Shown here: piece after piece, positions 18,742-28,394 of the stretch
Layout: every line of letters starts with the position of its first letter
Position numbering within the stretch: the stretch's first letter is position 1
Assembly: GCA_023229765.1 (NCBI GenBank)
Contig: JALNYO010000001.1
Coordinates: 322,993-386,992, forward strand
DNA from: Syntrophales bacterium
GTDB taxonomy: Bacteria > Desulfobacterota > Syntrophia > Syntrophales > UBA5619
Length of the DNA: 64,000 bases
Direction: 5' to 3'
Translations under genes and position numbers: made by a program
Notes under the pieces: model-generated
Told to the model about the DNA's origin: nothing
Databases searched by the model: none
The model's input: the letters and a program-made list of their open reading frames with translations, nothing else

Positions 18742-18915
18742 GAGGTAATTGCAAAACTCCCCATTCTTGTCATTCCCGCAACGATTCTGAGCGGGAATCT
18801 GGTTCTAATTGCTTGAAAAACCATATTATGAACATTAAGCTTCGCTTTCCCGATAGAGACATTATGAACATTAAGCTTCGCTTTCGGGAATGACAAATGG
18901 TTTTGCAATTATCTC
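18742..18915. mobile_element. MITE-like element, copy 3 (174 bp), TSD TATT
   Basis: Left end GAGGTAATTGCAAAACTCCCCATTCTTGTCATTCCCGC, right end CGGGAATGACAAATGGTTTTGCAATTATCTC. Flanked by direct TATT (18738-18741 and 18916-18919). Contains two 21-nt units (18826-18848, 18862-18884). Confidence 0.7.
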
Positions 18916-18919
18916 TATT

Positions 18920-19498
18920 TTATTGAAATTTTACCTGCGGCGCGGCCTGGGCGGTTGCCGGCGCCTCAAAGAAGGCCGCCTTTGCGAAGCCGAACATCCC
19001 AGCCACCATATTGGCGGGGAAGCTGCGGATCAGCACGTTGTAGGTTTGCACCGCTTCGTTGTAACGCTTTCTCTCGACGGCGATCCGGTTTTCCGTTCCG
19101 GCCAGCTCATCCTGGAGCCGCAGAAAATTTACATTGGACTTTAAATCCGGGTACTTTTCGACAACGACCAAAAGCCTGCTCAAGGCGCCGGTAAGCTCGT
19201 TATTGGCAGTTATTTTATCGGGAACGTTTGACGCCCCGCCTACCCTGGCGCGCGCGTTGGTCACCTCGACGAGAACGTCCTTTTCCTGTTTCGCATAGCC
19301 CTTTACCGTTTCCACCAGATTCGGGATCAGGTCGTATCGGCGCTGGAGCTGATTTTCCACCTGTGCCCAAGACGCCTTGACCCCCTCGTCGAGGGTGACG
19401 AACTGGTTATACGTGCCCTTGAAAAAGGAGTAAAAGGCGCCAGCCAGCAACACGATCACAATGACAGCGATCAAAAATATTTTCTTTCCACTTGTCAT
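18920..19498 (-). CDS. lemA: LemA family membrane protein
   Basis: MTSGKKIFLIAVIVIVLL (TM), then VKASWAQVENQLQRRYDLIPNLVETVKGYA...YNEAVQTYN. AGGAGGA Shine-Dalgarno before ATG 19498. The longer ORF back to 19717 only translates a DNA repeat. Confidence 0.85.
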   Translation of the reverse strand: MTSGKKIFLIAVIVIVLLAGAFYSFFKGTYNQFVTLDEGVKASWAQVENQLQRRYDLIPNLVETVKGYAKQEKDVLVEVTNARARVGGASNVPDKITANNELTGALSRLLVVVEKYPDLKSNVNFLRLQDELAGTENRIAVERKRYNEAVQTYNVLIRSFPANMVAGMFGFAKAAFFEAPATAQAAPQVKFQ

Positions 19499-19535
19499 AA
19501 CATCCTCCTGTAAATGTTGTAAAACCAATAAATGT

Positions 19536-19715
<180 letters not shown>

Positions 19716-19726
19716 ATGTCCTTCCA

Positions 19727-20458
19727 TTACATCTCCAGCCGGTCGATCTGTTTGCAGAGGCGGCCGACGGACAGCAAATAGTTTTGGAAGAGCGTTTTTA
19801 TTTCCGCTGCGGAAAAATGATCGGCCCCCCTACGGACATCCTCGCAATTCAGAAAGACGTGAGCATTGAAACCGAAGGTATCCCCTGCGGCAGTTATAAT
19901 ATCTCGTTTATTGTTGGGAATTTCTATACCTTTCATATAGAGAAGGGCGCTGAAGAGGGAGATGAAGGAGGTCAGCGAAAGGCCGATCAGCTCCCTGATT
20001 TTTTTAGGCTTTCCTTCCGTCGCCAGCCAGCCTGTCCTCAAATGCAGCAGTTTTCCCCGGAGTTCCCGCTCGATCTGGAGACGGACGTATTTATTGTCGA
20101 AGGAGAGAGGCGCCAGCATGTCTTCGCCGTAAACGAGCTTGTACCGGTGTTTGATGTTCAAGAATTCCACCGGGTACGAGTCCAGGGAGCCGGATATGTA
20201 AGAAGGGGTGAAGAAGAGGGGCAGCGCCACGGCGCCTTTGCGCCACCTCTTGATCATTTCCATCGCTTTTTCCAGTGATTCGATCCCCCCATCGGTCAGG
20301 GTTATCATGAAATTGAGGTCCGATTTGCCGGGCAGGTAATCAGCCCCGGCGCCGCTGCCGTAAAGAATAATTGATAGCAGTTCATCGCCAAAAACCGCCT
20401 GGCAGTCAGCGATGATAACAGGGAAAATATCTTCAGGCTTTTTGGGTATTTTGGACAT
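19727..20458 (-). CDS. Nucleotidyltransferase-domain-like protein (hypothetical)
   Basis: LYGSGAGADYLPGKSDLNFMI resembles the GS-x-G...D-x-D/N motif of pol-beta-type nucleotidyltransferases. The remainder is helical. Confidence 0.45.
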   Translation of the reverse strand: MSKIPKKPEDIFPVIIADCQAVFGDELLSIILYGSGAGADYLPGKSDLNFMITLTDGGIESLEKAMEMIKRWRKGAVALPLFFTPSYISGSLDSYPVEFLNIKHRYKLVYGEDMLAPLSFDNKYVRLQIERELRGKLLHLRTGWLATEGKPKKIRELIGLSLTSFISLFSALLYMKGIEIPNNKRDIITAAGDTFGFNAHVFLNCEDVRRGADHFSAAEIKTLFQNYLLSVGRLCKQIDRLEM

Positions 20459-20473
20459 GCGCCACCCCCTTGT

Positions 20474-21256
20474 TCAGAATCCGCGGCTCGAGCCGCCCCC
20501 GCCGCTCATACCGCCGCCAAACCCGCCGAAGCCGCCGCCGAAACCGTCGTCGCCGCCGCGCCTTCCCCCGCCGCCGCTGTTCATCAGCAACAGCAGAATC
20601 CAGGGCAGCATGGCCCGGCCCTGTTTTGTCCCGAGGAGAAATCCCGCGGCGACAATCAGCAATAATAATTGGAAAATGCTTATTTTTCTTTGCGGTTTTA
20701 CCTGTTTTTGAGGCGGGCTGTTCACGCCTTCGGCGCCGATGGTTACGCCGGCGTCTTTGGCGACGATCTTGGCAATAACCGATAATGTTTCATAAAGGCC
20801 CTTGCCGTAATCGCCGGCGCGAAAATTGGGAACGGCGTGCTGATCGAGAATTTCGCCGGTCAGGCCGTCGGGCAGAATGCCCTCTACCCCGTAACCTGTT
20901 TCGATGCGAACCCGCCGCTCCTTGACGGTCAGAAGGATCAGCGCCCCCTTGTCCTCGCCTTTTTTCCCGATTCCCCACGCCTGGTAAAGGCGGTTGGCAT
21001 AGTCGTTCAGGTCGCCCTCCCCGATCGTGGGTATGGTGGCGACAACCAGCGCCGTCCCCGTGCTTTGAAAAATTTCCCGGGCGATATTTTCCATTGGGGC
21101 TTTATAGACGTCCGGAATTACGCCGGCGAAGTCGTTGATCGCCCCCGCTGGTTTCGGAAAAGCGGCATCGGCTGCCGAAGCCACTGACGCGAAAGTCATG
21201 AATGCCAGGGCAAACAGCAGGGAGACGATTATTTTGAAAGAGGATTTGTTTTTCAT
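20474..21256 (-). CDS. TPM-domain (YgcG-like) protein with a TM segment and glycine-rich tail
   Basis: Signal peptide. INDFAGVI...LVVATIPTIGEGDLNDYANRLYQAWGIGKKGEDKGALILLTVKERRVRIETGYG matches the TPM phosphatase-domain pattern. C-terminus GGGGRRGGDDGFGGGFGGFGGG. Confidence 0.8.
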   Translation of the reverse strand: MKNKSSFKIIVSLLFALAFMTFASVASAADAAFPKPAGAINDFAGVIPDVYKAPMENIAREIFQSTGTALVVATIPTIGEGDLNDYANRLYQAWGIGKKGEDKGALILLTVKERRVRIETGYGVEGILPDGLTGEILDQHAVPNFRAGDYGKGLYETLSVIAKIVAKDAGVTIGAEGVNSPPQKQVKPQRKISIFQLLLLIVAAGFLLGTKQGRAMLPWILLLLMNSGGGGRRGGDDGFGGGFGGFGGGMSGGGGSSRGF

Positions 21257-21294
21257 CCGCGTATCATAACCATAAGAGAGTAAAATAGCAATAG

Positions 21295-21585
21295 CTACAG
21301 ACTCTCATCCAGCGGCATTATGAAAAGGCGGACACCGGCATGGGGACTTTCGCTCTCCAACTCGCGGATATATTTCCGGATATGCGGGAGTTCCTCATCA
21401 GGAAGGGTGAAAAAGAGGACATTATTTTTACCGGGCCAGATGTGTGTGCCCAGCTTCGGTTCGGTTTGGGTTCCCTCGCCGCGGGCCTCGACCATCTTGG
21501 TGTAACCGTTGATTCCCGCTTCCTTGACAGCCGCAATTACCAACTCATCGGCTGCCTCTGTATAGACAAGCATGCACATCTTCAT
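21295..21585 (-). CDS. Small PII-like / transporter-associated protein (function unknown)
   Basis: 96 aa, with a beta-alpha-beta pattern (MLVYTEAADELVIAAVKEAGINGYTKM...). Lies 27 nt downstream of the RND pump. Confidence 0.45.
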   Translation of the reverse strand: MKMCMLVYTEAADELVIAAVKEAGINGYTKMVEARGEGTQTEPKLGTHIWPGKNNVLFFTLPDEELPHIRKYIRELESESPHAGVRLFIMPLDESL

Positions 21586-21611
21586 GGCTTTTCACCTTCC
21601 TGCGTCATTTT

Positions 21612-24600
21612 TTAGATGGCGTCCTTTTTTACCAGGCCGCTTTTCACTTTCCTGTTCCGCGTGAAGAAATTCTGGAAGTCGTCAAACAGGTCGTAGGCGG
21701 CGGGAACCACGACCAGCGTCAGAAAGAGGGATGTTAGCAGGCCGCCGATCACCGCGATCCCCATCGGCGCCCTTGTCTCGGCTCCTTCCCCCACCCCGAA
21801 GGCAACCGGAATCATCCCGAAAACCATCGCAAAGGTCGTCATCAGAATCGGCCTCAGCCGGACCGGGCCGGCATGGAGGATTGCCTCGCGTTTGGAATAG
21901 CCGCGTTCCCGCAAAATGTTTGCGTAATCGACAAGGAGGATCGCGTTTTTCTTGACGAGCCCCATTAACAGAATCAGGCCGATGAAACTGAAAATGCTCA
22001 GGGTCTGCCCGGTTAGCAGCAGCGCGCCGAAGGCCCCGATAAAGGAAAGGGGCATCGCCAGAAGCACCGTGAACGGGTGGACAAAGCTTTCGAACTGGGC
22101 GGCCAGCACCATGTAGGCCATGCCCACCCCAAGCATGATCGCGAACATTAGAAAGCCGAACGATTCCGTCATTGTATCTGCTTGCCCGCTGTATTTGGGG
22201 ATGTAATCGGGGGGCAGGATGCCCGCGGCGATTTCGTTCAAATCGGTCATGGCCGCGCCCAGCGGCTTGTCTTCCAGACTGGCGAAGAGGGTGATTGCCC
22301 TCTGCCGGTCAACCCGGTTGATGACGCTGGGCCCGCCTCCCTCGTGAATCCAGATCAGGTTGCGCAACTCAACGAGGTTCCCGCTCTTTGAGCGCACGTA
22401 AAGCAGACCGAGATCGTCGGGATTGCTCCTATCTTCGGGATTAAGGCGGATGCGCAGGTCGTAGCGCTTGCCCCGGCTGTCGTCCTTGAACTTGGTAACC
22501 TCCGCCTCGCCGCTGACGAGCAGGTTGATCGCTTCGGCAATAGTCGCCACGTCAACGCCGAGATCGGCCGCCTTGTCGCGGTCGATCGTCACCTTCAGCT
22601 CCGGTTTTCCCATTTCGAGCGAGGTGTCGATATCGACGAATCCCTGTTTTTTTGCCAATGTCGAGGAAATCTGCCGGGTATAATCCCGGAGCGCCTCGAT
22701 ATCGTTTCCCCGAATGCTGTACTGGATCGGCACCTGCCGCTGCCCGCCGCCGATCATCGAAAAATCCTCTGCCGAGGCTTTAAGACCAGGAAATTCGTGT
22801 AATCTTTGACGAATTTCCTTTTTCAGATCCATTTGGGTTTTGGCGCGCTCGCTTTTCGGCTTCAGCGAGACCATCATAATCGCCCGATACACCGTTCCCC
22901 CGATTCCCTGAACGTAATAAACCGCCCGAACCTCCGGCATTCCCCGGACGATCTGCTCCGCCGGCTGGAAGAGTTCATCCGCCTTGGCGACCGAGTAGTC
23001 GATTGGCGCCTCGAGACGGACGAGGAACTGCCCCTGATCTTCAGGCGGGGTGAGTTCCTTGCCGAGAAAGCGGGTCATGTAGATGCTGCCGATAAAAAGA
23101 ACAAGCGCTCCGATCAGCATGAGCCCTCGATGATTCAGCGAAAAGCGCAGAACATGGCGGTAGCCGTTTTCTACTTTCTTATAGCCATTTTCGAAGAGCG
23201 CTGAAAAGCGGCTGGTTATGCCGGGGCGGGAAGAAGCAGCGGCGCCTTTATGAAGATCAACGCGTTTGAGAAAAATAGAGGCGAGCATCGGCGTCAGCGT
23301 AAAGGAAACCAGAAGCGAGATGAGCACCGAAAAGACGACCGTTAGGGCGAACTGGATGAAAAAGCGGCCGATCATTCCCTTCATGAACGCGACGGGCAAA
23401 AAGATCGCGACAATCGCGAAGGTGGTCGCCATGACGGCCAGACCGATCTCCGAGGTTGCAAATGTTGCCGCCTCGCGCGGGGCCATTCCCTCTTCGACAT
23501 GCCGGTAGATGTTTTCGATGACGATGATCGCGTCGTCGATTAGCAGGCCGACGGAGAGGGTGAGGGCAAGCATCGTCATGTTATTGAAGGTGAAATCGAA
23601 GGCGCGCAAAAGCGCAAATGTGGAGATGATCGAGATCGGGAGCGCCACGGCGCTGATCAGCGTCGTCCGGACGTTGCGCAGAAAGATGAAGACGGCGAGG
23701 ATGGCAAACAGGCTTCCCAGAATAAGGTGTTTTTTCACCTCGTCGATCGAGCGGCGGATGAAGTTGGACTGGTCGATCGCGATGTTGAGGGTCATCCCCG
23801 GCGGCAGCGTGGCGCGGATATTATCAATTTCCTTCCTGACCGCGTTGACGACGGCGACGGTGTTCGTCCCCGACTGTTTCTGAATCCCCATTGCCACCGC
23901 CGGCACGCCGTTGAAGCGGACGATGGAGCGTTGTTCCTCCATCCCGTCTTCCGCCCGGCCGACGTCGCGCAGGCGGATCGGGGCGCCCTTGTCATAGGCA
24001 ACGACCAGATCGTTGAAAGCGGCGACGTTGGGAAATTCCCCTTTGATTTTGACCGTGTACTCCTTCGTCAGGCTCTCGATCCGGCCGGCCGGCAGTTCGA
24101 TGTTCTGTCGCTGGAGGGCGGAAGCTATATCGCCGGCTGTCAGTCCGTAGGCCTTGAGCCTTTTCGCGTCGAGCCAGACCCGCACCTGCCGGAGCCGCAA
24201 TCCCCAGAGCTGGATGTCGCCGACGCCGTTTATCCGCTGGAGTTTTTCCTTGAGCACCTCATCGACGTAAGTGGATATATCTCTGACCGATTTCTGTCCG
24301 GCCAGATTCAGCCACATTACCGCCGTTGCGTCGGGATCTACCTTCGCGATCCGCGGCTCTTCGATGTCTTCAGGGAGCTTGTTTCGGATCAGCGCCACCT
24401 TTTCCCGGACATCCTGCACGGCCAGATCAATGTCCCGCTCCAGGACGAACTCCACTGTGATGCGCGAGCCTCCTTCGGTGCTGCTCGACGTGATCGATTT
24501 TACCCCGTTGATCGTATTTACCGCTCCTTCGATCTTGTCGGTGATGTCAACGTCAATTACCTCGGGGCTTGCCCCATTGAGGTGGGTGGAAATAGTCACG

Positions 24601-24731
24601 ATCGGGAAATCGACCTTCGGAAAGAGATCGACGCCGATTTCCGGATAACTGACCACGCCCAAAACCACCAGGGCCATGATGAACATGGTGGCGAAAACCG
24701 GTCTCTTGACGGAGGTGTCAGCGAGCCACAT
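21612..24731 (-). CDS. RND efflux transporter permease (AcrB/HAE1 type)
   Basis: 1039 aa, 12-TM architecture with two large periplasmic loops. Conserved LLIDDAIIVIENI and VKKNAILLVDY motifs. Confidence 0.95.
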   Translation of the reverse strand: MWLADTSVKRPVFATMFIMALVVLGVVSYPEIGVDLFPKVDFPIVTISTHLNGASPEVIDVDITDKIEGAVNTINGVKSITSSSTEGGSRITVEFVLERDIDLAVQDVREKVALIRNKLPEDIEEPRIAKVDPDATAVMWLNLAGQKSVRDISTYVDEVLKEKLQRINGVGDIQLWGLRLRQVRVWLDAKRLKAYGLTAGDIASALQRQNIELPAGRIESLTKEYTVKIKGEFPNVAAFNDLVVAYDKGAPIRLRDVGRAEDGMEEQRSIVRFNGVPAVAMGIQKQSGTNTVAVVNAVRKEIDNIRATLPPGMTLNIAIDQSNFIRRSIDEVKKHLILGSLFAILAVFIFLRNVRTTLISAVALPISIISTFALLRAFDFTFNNMTMLALTLSVGLLIDDAIIVIENIYRHVEEGMAPREAATFATSEIGLAVMATTFAIVAIFLPVAFMKGMIGRFFIQFALTVVFSVLISLLVSFTLTPMLASIFLKRVDLHKGAAASSRPGITSRFSALFENGYKKVENGYRHVLRFSLNHRGLMLIGALVLFIGSIYMTRFLGKELTPPEDQGQFLVRLEAPIDYSVAKADELFQPAEQIVRGMPEVRAVYYVQGIGGTVYRAIMMVSLKPKSERAKTQMDLKKEIRQRLHEFPGLKASAEDFSMIGGGQRQVPIQYSIRGNDIEALRDYTRQISSTLAKKQGFVDIDTSLEMGKPELKVTIDRDKAADLGVDVATIAEAINLLVSGEAEVTKFKDDSRGKRYDLRIRLNPEDRSNPDDLGLLYVRSKSGNLVELRNLIWIHEGGGPSVINRVDRQRAITLFASLEDKPLGAAMTDLNEIAAGILPPDYIPKYSGQADTMTESFGFLMFAIMLGVGMAYMVLAAQFESFVHPFTVLLAMPLSFIGAFGALLLTGQTLSIFSFIGLILLMGLVKKNAILLVDYANILRERGYSKREAILHAGPVRLRPILMTTFAMVFGMIPVAFGVGEGAETRAPMGIAVIGGLLTSLFLTLVVVPAAYDLFDDFQNFFTRNRKVKSGLVKKDAI

Positions 24732-25845
24732 GAACCAGCGCTCCTTCCATCAGATTGTTTTGTCCCACGGTCACAATGACTTCCTTGTCGTGCAGGCCTT
24801 CGACGATTTCCATGTATTCCCCGTATTTACTTCCTGTTATCACGTTTTTCTCCCGGGCCTTCTCTCCCTCGACGACAAAAAGTTTCGTTTTGGAGTTATC
24901 ATAGAGGAGGGAGGTAACCGGCGCGACGACCCTCTCCCGCGCGGGGCCGGTATAGAGGGTTATCCGCGCGAAGAGGCCCGGTTTGAGACGTCCGTCGGCA
25001 TTGGCGACGAGCGCCTCCACCTGGAGGGTGCGGGTGCGTTCATCGAGGGCCGGCAGGATGGCGGAAAGCCGGCCGCGAAATTTTTGATCAGGAAATGAAT
25101 CAGTAATAAAGTCAACCTCCTGTCCCAGTTTTAGACTTCCGACATCCTTTTCGGAGACGGAAAAGATCAGCTTCAGCAGATCGGTCCGGACGATTGACGC
25201 CAGAAAGGAGCCATTGCGGACGTAATCGCCCGCCGTTGCCCTTTTTTCCTTAACGGTTCCCGCAAGCGGGGAAAAGATTCTGGTGCGGGCAAGCCGTTCT
25301 TTTGCCAGGTTTTGTCCGGAGTGGGCCCGGGCGACCTCCGCTTCGGCCAGCTTGACGCGCGCGGCAATATCGTCAAATTGCTGCTTAGTCAAAAGCTCCT
25401 CCCGGTAGAGGGCCTCCTTGCGCTCATACTCCTGCCTTGCGTTGGCAAGGCCCGTTTCACTCTGGGCAAGCTGGGCAGCCGCCTGTTCGAGCGCCAGCCG
25501 ATAATCCGTGGGCCGGATCTCGGCGATTGCCTGACCCTTCTTGACGGCAGTGCCCTCATCAACGGAAATTGAATCGAGAATGCCGTCCAACTCGGAGCTG
25601 ACAGTGACTTGATCGCGGGGTGCGAGCGAACCTATTGATTCCACAAACGGTCGGAGCGAGCGTGTTTCCGCTGCTTGCACCCGCACGTTTACCGCCGCCT
25701 GTTTGCGAACTTTTTCCGGCGGTTTAGTGCAGCCGATGAAGCCGATTATAATAAATACGATTAGAATCAAGATGGTCTGCCGATTGATGAACATATCTGG
25801 CGACAGAGATTCCTGTCGATCCGGGAACTGCCGGTTTTTACTCAT
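24718..25845 (-). CDS. RND efflux periplasmic adaptor (MFP)
   Basis: Lipobox GFIGC, a coiled-coil hairpin region, and beta-barrel/MP domains. Overlaps the RND start by 14 nt. Confidence 0.9.
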   Translation of the reverse strand: MSKNRQFPDRQESLSPDMFINRQTILILIVFIIIGFIGCTKPPEKVRKQAAVNVRVQAAETRSLRPFVESIGSLAPRDQVTVSSELDGILDSISVDEGTAVKKGQAIAEIRPTDYRLALEQAAAQLAQSETGLANARQEYERKEALYREELLTKQQFDDIAARVKLAEAEVARAHSGQNLAKERLARTRIFSPLAGTVKEKRATAGDYVRNGSFLASIVRTDLLKLIFSVSEKDVGSLKLGQEVDFITDSFPDQKFRGRLSAILPALDERTRTLQVEALVANADGRLKPGLFARITLYTGPARERVVAPVTSLLYDNSKTKLFVVEGEKAREKNVITGSKYGEYMEIVEGLHDKEVIVTVGQNNLMEGALVHVAR

Positions 25846-25950
25846 TTACCGCTCCTTCTAATGCTGATTTTTCCCTCTTATTTTCACGCGAAATGCATGC
25901 CGATAAATTGTTGATTTATAAATGGTTCCCTTCCAGGCAACCTCGACGGG

Positions 25951-25992
25951 CATTAAAATTCGTTTTTTGAACATTAAACTTCGTTTTCATCC
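25951..25992 (+). repeat. Two degenerate 21-nt units (CATTAAAATTCGTTTTTTGAA / CATTAAACTTCGTTTTCATCC)
   Basis: Exact 21-nt period (25951 and 25972), between the TolC stop and the MFP start. Confidence 0.5.
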
Positions 25993-26023
25993 TTCTTTGT
26001 GACGGCAAGCCGTCATGAGGGTT

Positions 26024-27352
26024 TCACTTTCCCGGCGCGGGGATGCCAATTGCTGCCAGGGCCCACGGCAGACCGGCGGCTTTTTTGAGACGCAACGACG
26101 CCAGTTGGAGACGGAAAGCTGCCGCTGCCGCCTTCCGTTCCGCTGAAACCAGTAGCGTATTGGCATCCATCACGTCAAGGCTGTTGGCCAGCCCGACTTC
26201 AAACTGTCGAAAAACCGCATGATAATTTTCGCGGGCAAAAAGCAGTTGGTCTTCGAGAAAGCGCAGGATGCCCTGTTGCGTCGTCAGCTCCAGGTGGGCA
26301 GCCTTCACCTCAATAGCAATCTCCTTTTTTACATCCTCTATTCGCAGATCTGCCTGGCGTTCGCGCACCCTCGCCTCGGAAACGTCTGCCTTCCTGAGGC
26401 CACCGTCGAAAAGCGGAAAATTCAGGGCGATTCCCCCATAAAAACTATCCCTGTTGAGGCTGCTGGTAGCCGGTTGCTGATCGGCGCCGGCGTACGCGCC
26501 GGTAACAGTCAGCGAAGGCAGAAACGCCCCTTGGGCAAAGCTGATCTGGCTGCTTGCCATCTTTTTTTGCATCTTGAGGCTTTTAATTTCCGCCCGACGA
26601 AAAAGAGCCTGTTTCTGGAGTTCGTCCAGTTCCGGGATCTCAACTTTTCGGGCAGGTTCCGGCTGGAGCGTGAAGGGGGGCTGAATTCCTACCTGGCTGG
26701 CCAGGACGGCGATCGCCAGCTCGAGGGTATTTTGAGCCTGGAGCTGATCGGATTTTGCCCCGGAAAGCTCGCTTTCGGCACGCAGCAGCGCCGTTTTGGT
26801 CACGTCGCCGATGCGTAGCCGTTTTTCGGCCGCATCCCGATAGCGGCTCAACCTCTCCAGATTCACAGCGGCGATCTCGAGATTGCGCCCGGCCAGCAGG
26901 ACGTCGTAATAGGCCGCCGCGACATTGCCGAGCAGGTAATCATCGCGCAGCGCCTCGACATCATAACGGGTTTTGAGAAGCGATTGCCGGGAAATTTCGA
27001 GCGCCGTCAACTCGCGGCCGCTGAGCGAAAGGGTTTCGTCCATCCTGACGCCCCAAGTGGAGGCGCTCTCCGGCTGCAAGACGCTGCCGGCGCTTGTAAA
27101 TTTACGTTCGGAATACCGTGTCATGCCGCCCGCCGCTGTAAGGCGCGGATAAAGGTAGGAACGGGCCTTTTCGGTTCCGATTTCTGCAAGCGCGATGTTC
27201 TGCTCGGCGAGTTTCAGCTTTTCCGAGGAGGCCAGGGCGATTCGGCAGAGATCCTCCAAGGTGTAAGAATCGGCAAAAAGAGGGGCGGGCGCAGCCGCCA
27301 TAATCAACAGCAGGATTCCTGCCTGCATAAATCTCATACTTTGCTTCATCAC
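26024..27352 (-). CDS. TolC-family outer-membrane efflux protein
   Basis: 442 aa, signal peptide, and two tandem OEP repeats with typical coiled-coil segments. Confidence 0.9.
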   Translation of the reverse strand: MMKQSMRFMQAGILLLIMAAAPAPLFADSYTLEDLCRIALASSEKLKLAEQNIALAEIGTEKARSYLYPRLTAAGGMTRYSERKFTSAGSVLQPESASTWGVRMDETLSLSGRELTALEISRQSLLKTRYDVEALRDDYLLGNVAAAYYDVLLAGRNLEIAAVNLERLSRYRDAAEKRLRIGDVTKTALLRAESELSGAKSDQLQAQNTLELAIAVLASQVGIQPPFTLQPEPARKVEIPELDELQKQALFRRAEIKSLKMQKKMASSQISFAQGAFLPSLTVTGAYAGADQQPATSSLNRDSFYGGIALNFPLFDGGLRKADVSEARVRERQADLRIEDVKKEIAIEVKAAHLELTTQQGILRFLEDQLLFARENYHAVFRQFEVGLANSLDVMDANTLLVSAERKAAAAAFRLQLASLRLKKAAGLPWALAAIGIPAPGK

Positions 27353-27638
27353 TGTTCCTTAATATGAAAATACCCCGTCCGCCATCTTTTCCTTAACGGG
27401 AGAGGGTTGTTCTGGGAGTGATTTTCATCCTTCGCAATGTCTGTCACGGGCATGATCTGAAAACTTAAAAACTGGCTACCCCATATTTTATGAGAGAATG
27501 GTATGAAGAGCGCCCACAATTGTCAAGGGGAATTTATTCTAAAATCATTTCTGTTGACACTTTTTCCTATTTAGGTTTAAACAACTCCACACTCATCGGC
27601 AGTTTATCCGAAAACCACAGAGCCTTTGGAATAATTGT

Positions 27639-28145
27639 ATGGGAAGGCAAATATTACATAAACAGACGTATTCCTCTCTGGCCATCTTTCTGGTTGCCAT
27701 TGCGGTGTTTTTTATAGCCTTTAGGGGCCCTCTTTATGCCGGATTCTGGGATAAGATCAATGAAAATCTGCTGCTGATGCGCTTGGTCGGGATCGGGCAG
27801 TTCATTGGCTATCAGCGAAACGTTGATACTAAAGACCCGCTTTTCCCGATTGAGGTTGTCAGCGACGGTTTCAAAATGATCCGTGTTTACCAGGATCTTA
27901 GGGGCGCCTATCTGGTTGAGTGGAGTTGGCGGGTGCTTTTGAAAAACAAGTCATCCCGCGCGCTGGGAATCACCTTAGAGTACAAACTGCAAGATGAAGA
28001 TGACTTTCTGGTGGCCGCAAGCAAGGAATCTTTGCCGAAAATTGAGGCAGGGGGGACGGTTGCCCTCGAAAAAACCGACTATCTCCTCTATGATACAGCC
28101 AAAAGGGTTGTGAACAGCAACTGGTACGTCCATCTTCAAAACTGA
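27639..28145 (+). CDS. Hypothetical membrane-anchored protein
   Basis: ORF with an N-terminal TM segment (LAIFLVAIAVFFIAF). No family recognised. Confidence 0.35.
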   Translation: MGRQILHKQTYSSLAIFLVAIAVFFIAFRGPLYAGFWDKINENLLLMRLVGIGQFIGYQRNVDTKDPLFPIEVVSDGFKMIRVYQDLRGAYLVEWSWRVLLKNKSSRALGITLEYKLQDEDDFLVAASKESLPKIEAGGTVALEKTDYLLYDTAKRVVNSNWYVHLQN

Positions 28146-28188
28146 GGGGCGGAGGTTTTTCGCTGGATAATTCATCTTTTTCTTAATC

Positions 28189-28217
28189 TTGACAGCCGCA
28201 ACGATTTTGTTTAAGCT
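28189..28217 (+). promoter_or_regulatory. Sigma-70-like promoter candidate with a long leader
   Basis: TTGACA (28189-28194), 17 nt, TAAGCT (28212-28217). Lies about 175 nt before the binding-protein start. Confidence 0.4.
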
Positions 28218-28394
28218 CTCGGCCCAATGTGCAACCGGTTATTATCAGAAGATGAGCCGGGCGCCGGAAAAGGGGATGGGGGAACTCTAAAAGCTGTACT
28301 GCTTTGCCATTGCCCCTGCGAATGAATGACCACGCGGACGGAGGGTTAGACAAATTCAAGGTTTTATAATTAAATTTTGAGGGGAATGGAGTTT

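Noticed and set aside
23727-24779. 350-aa plus-strand ORF inside the RND pump gene
   Set aside because: It is antisense to a 1039-aa AcrB-type gene and has no recognisable domain. It is a GC-driven open frame.
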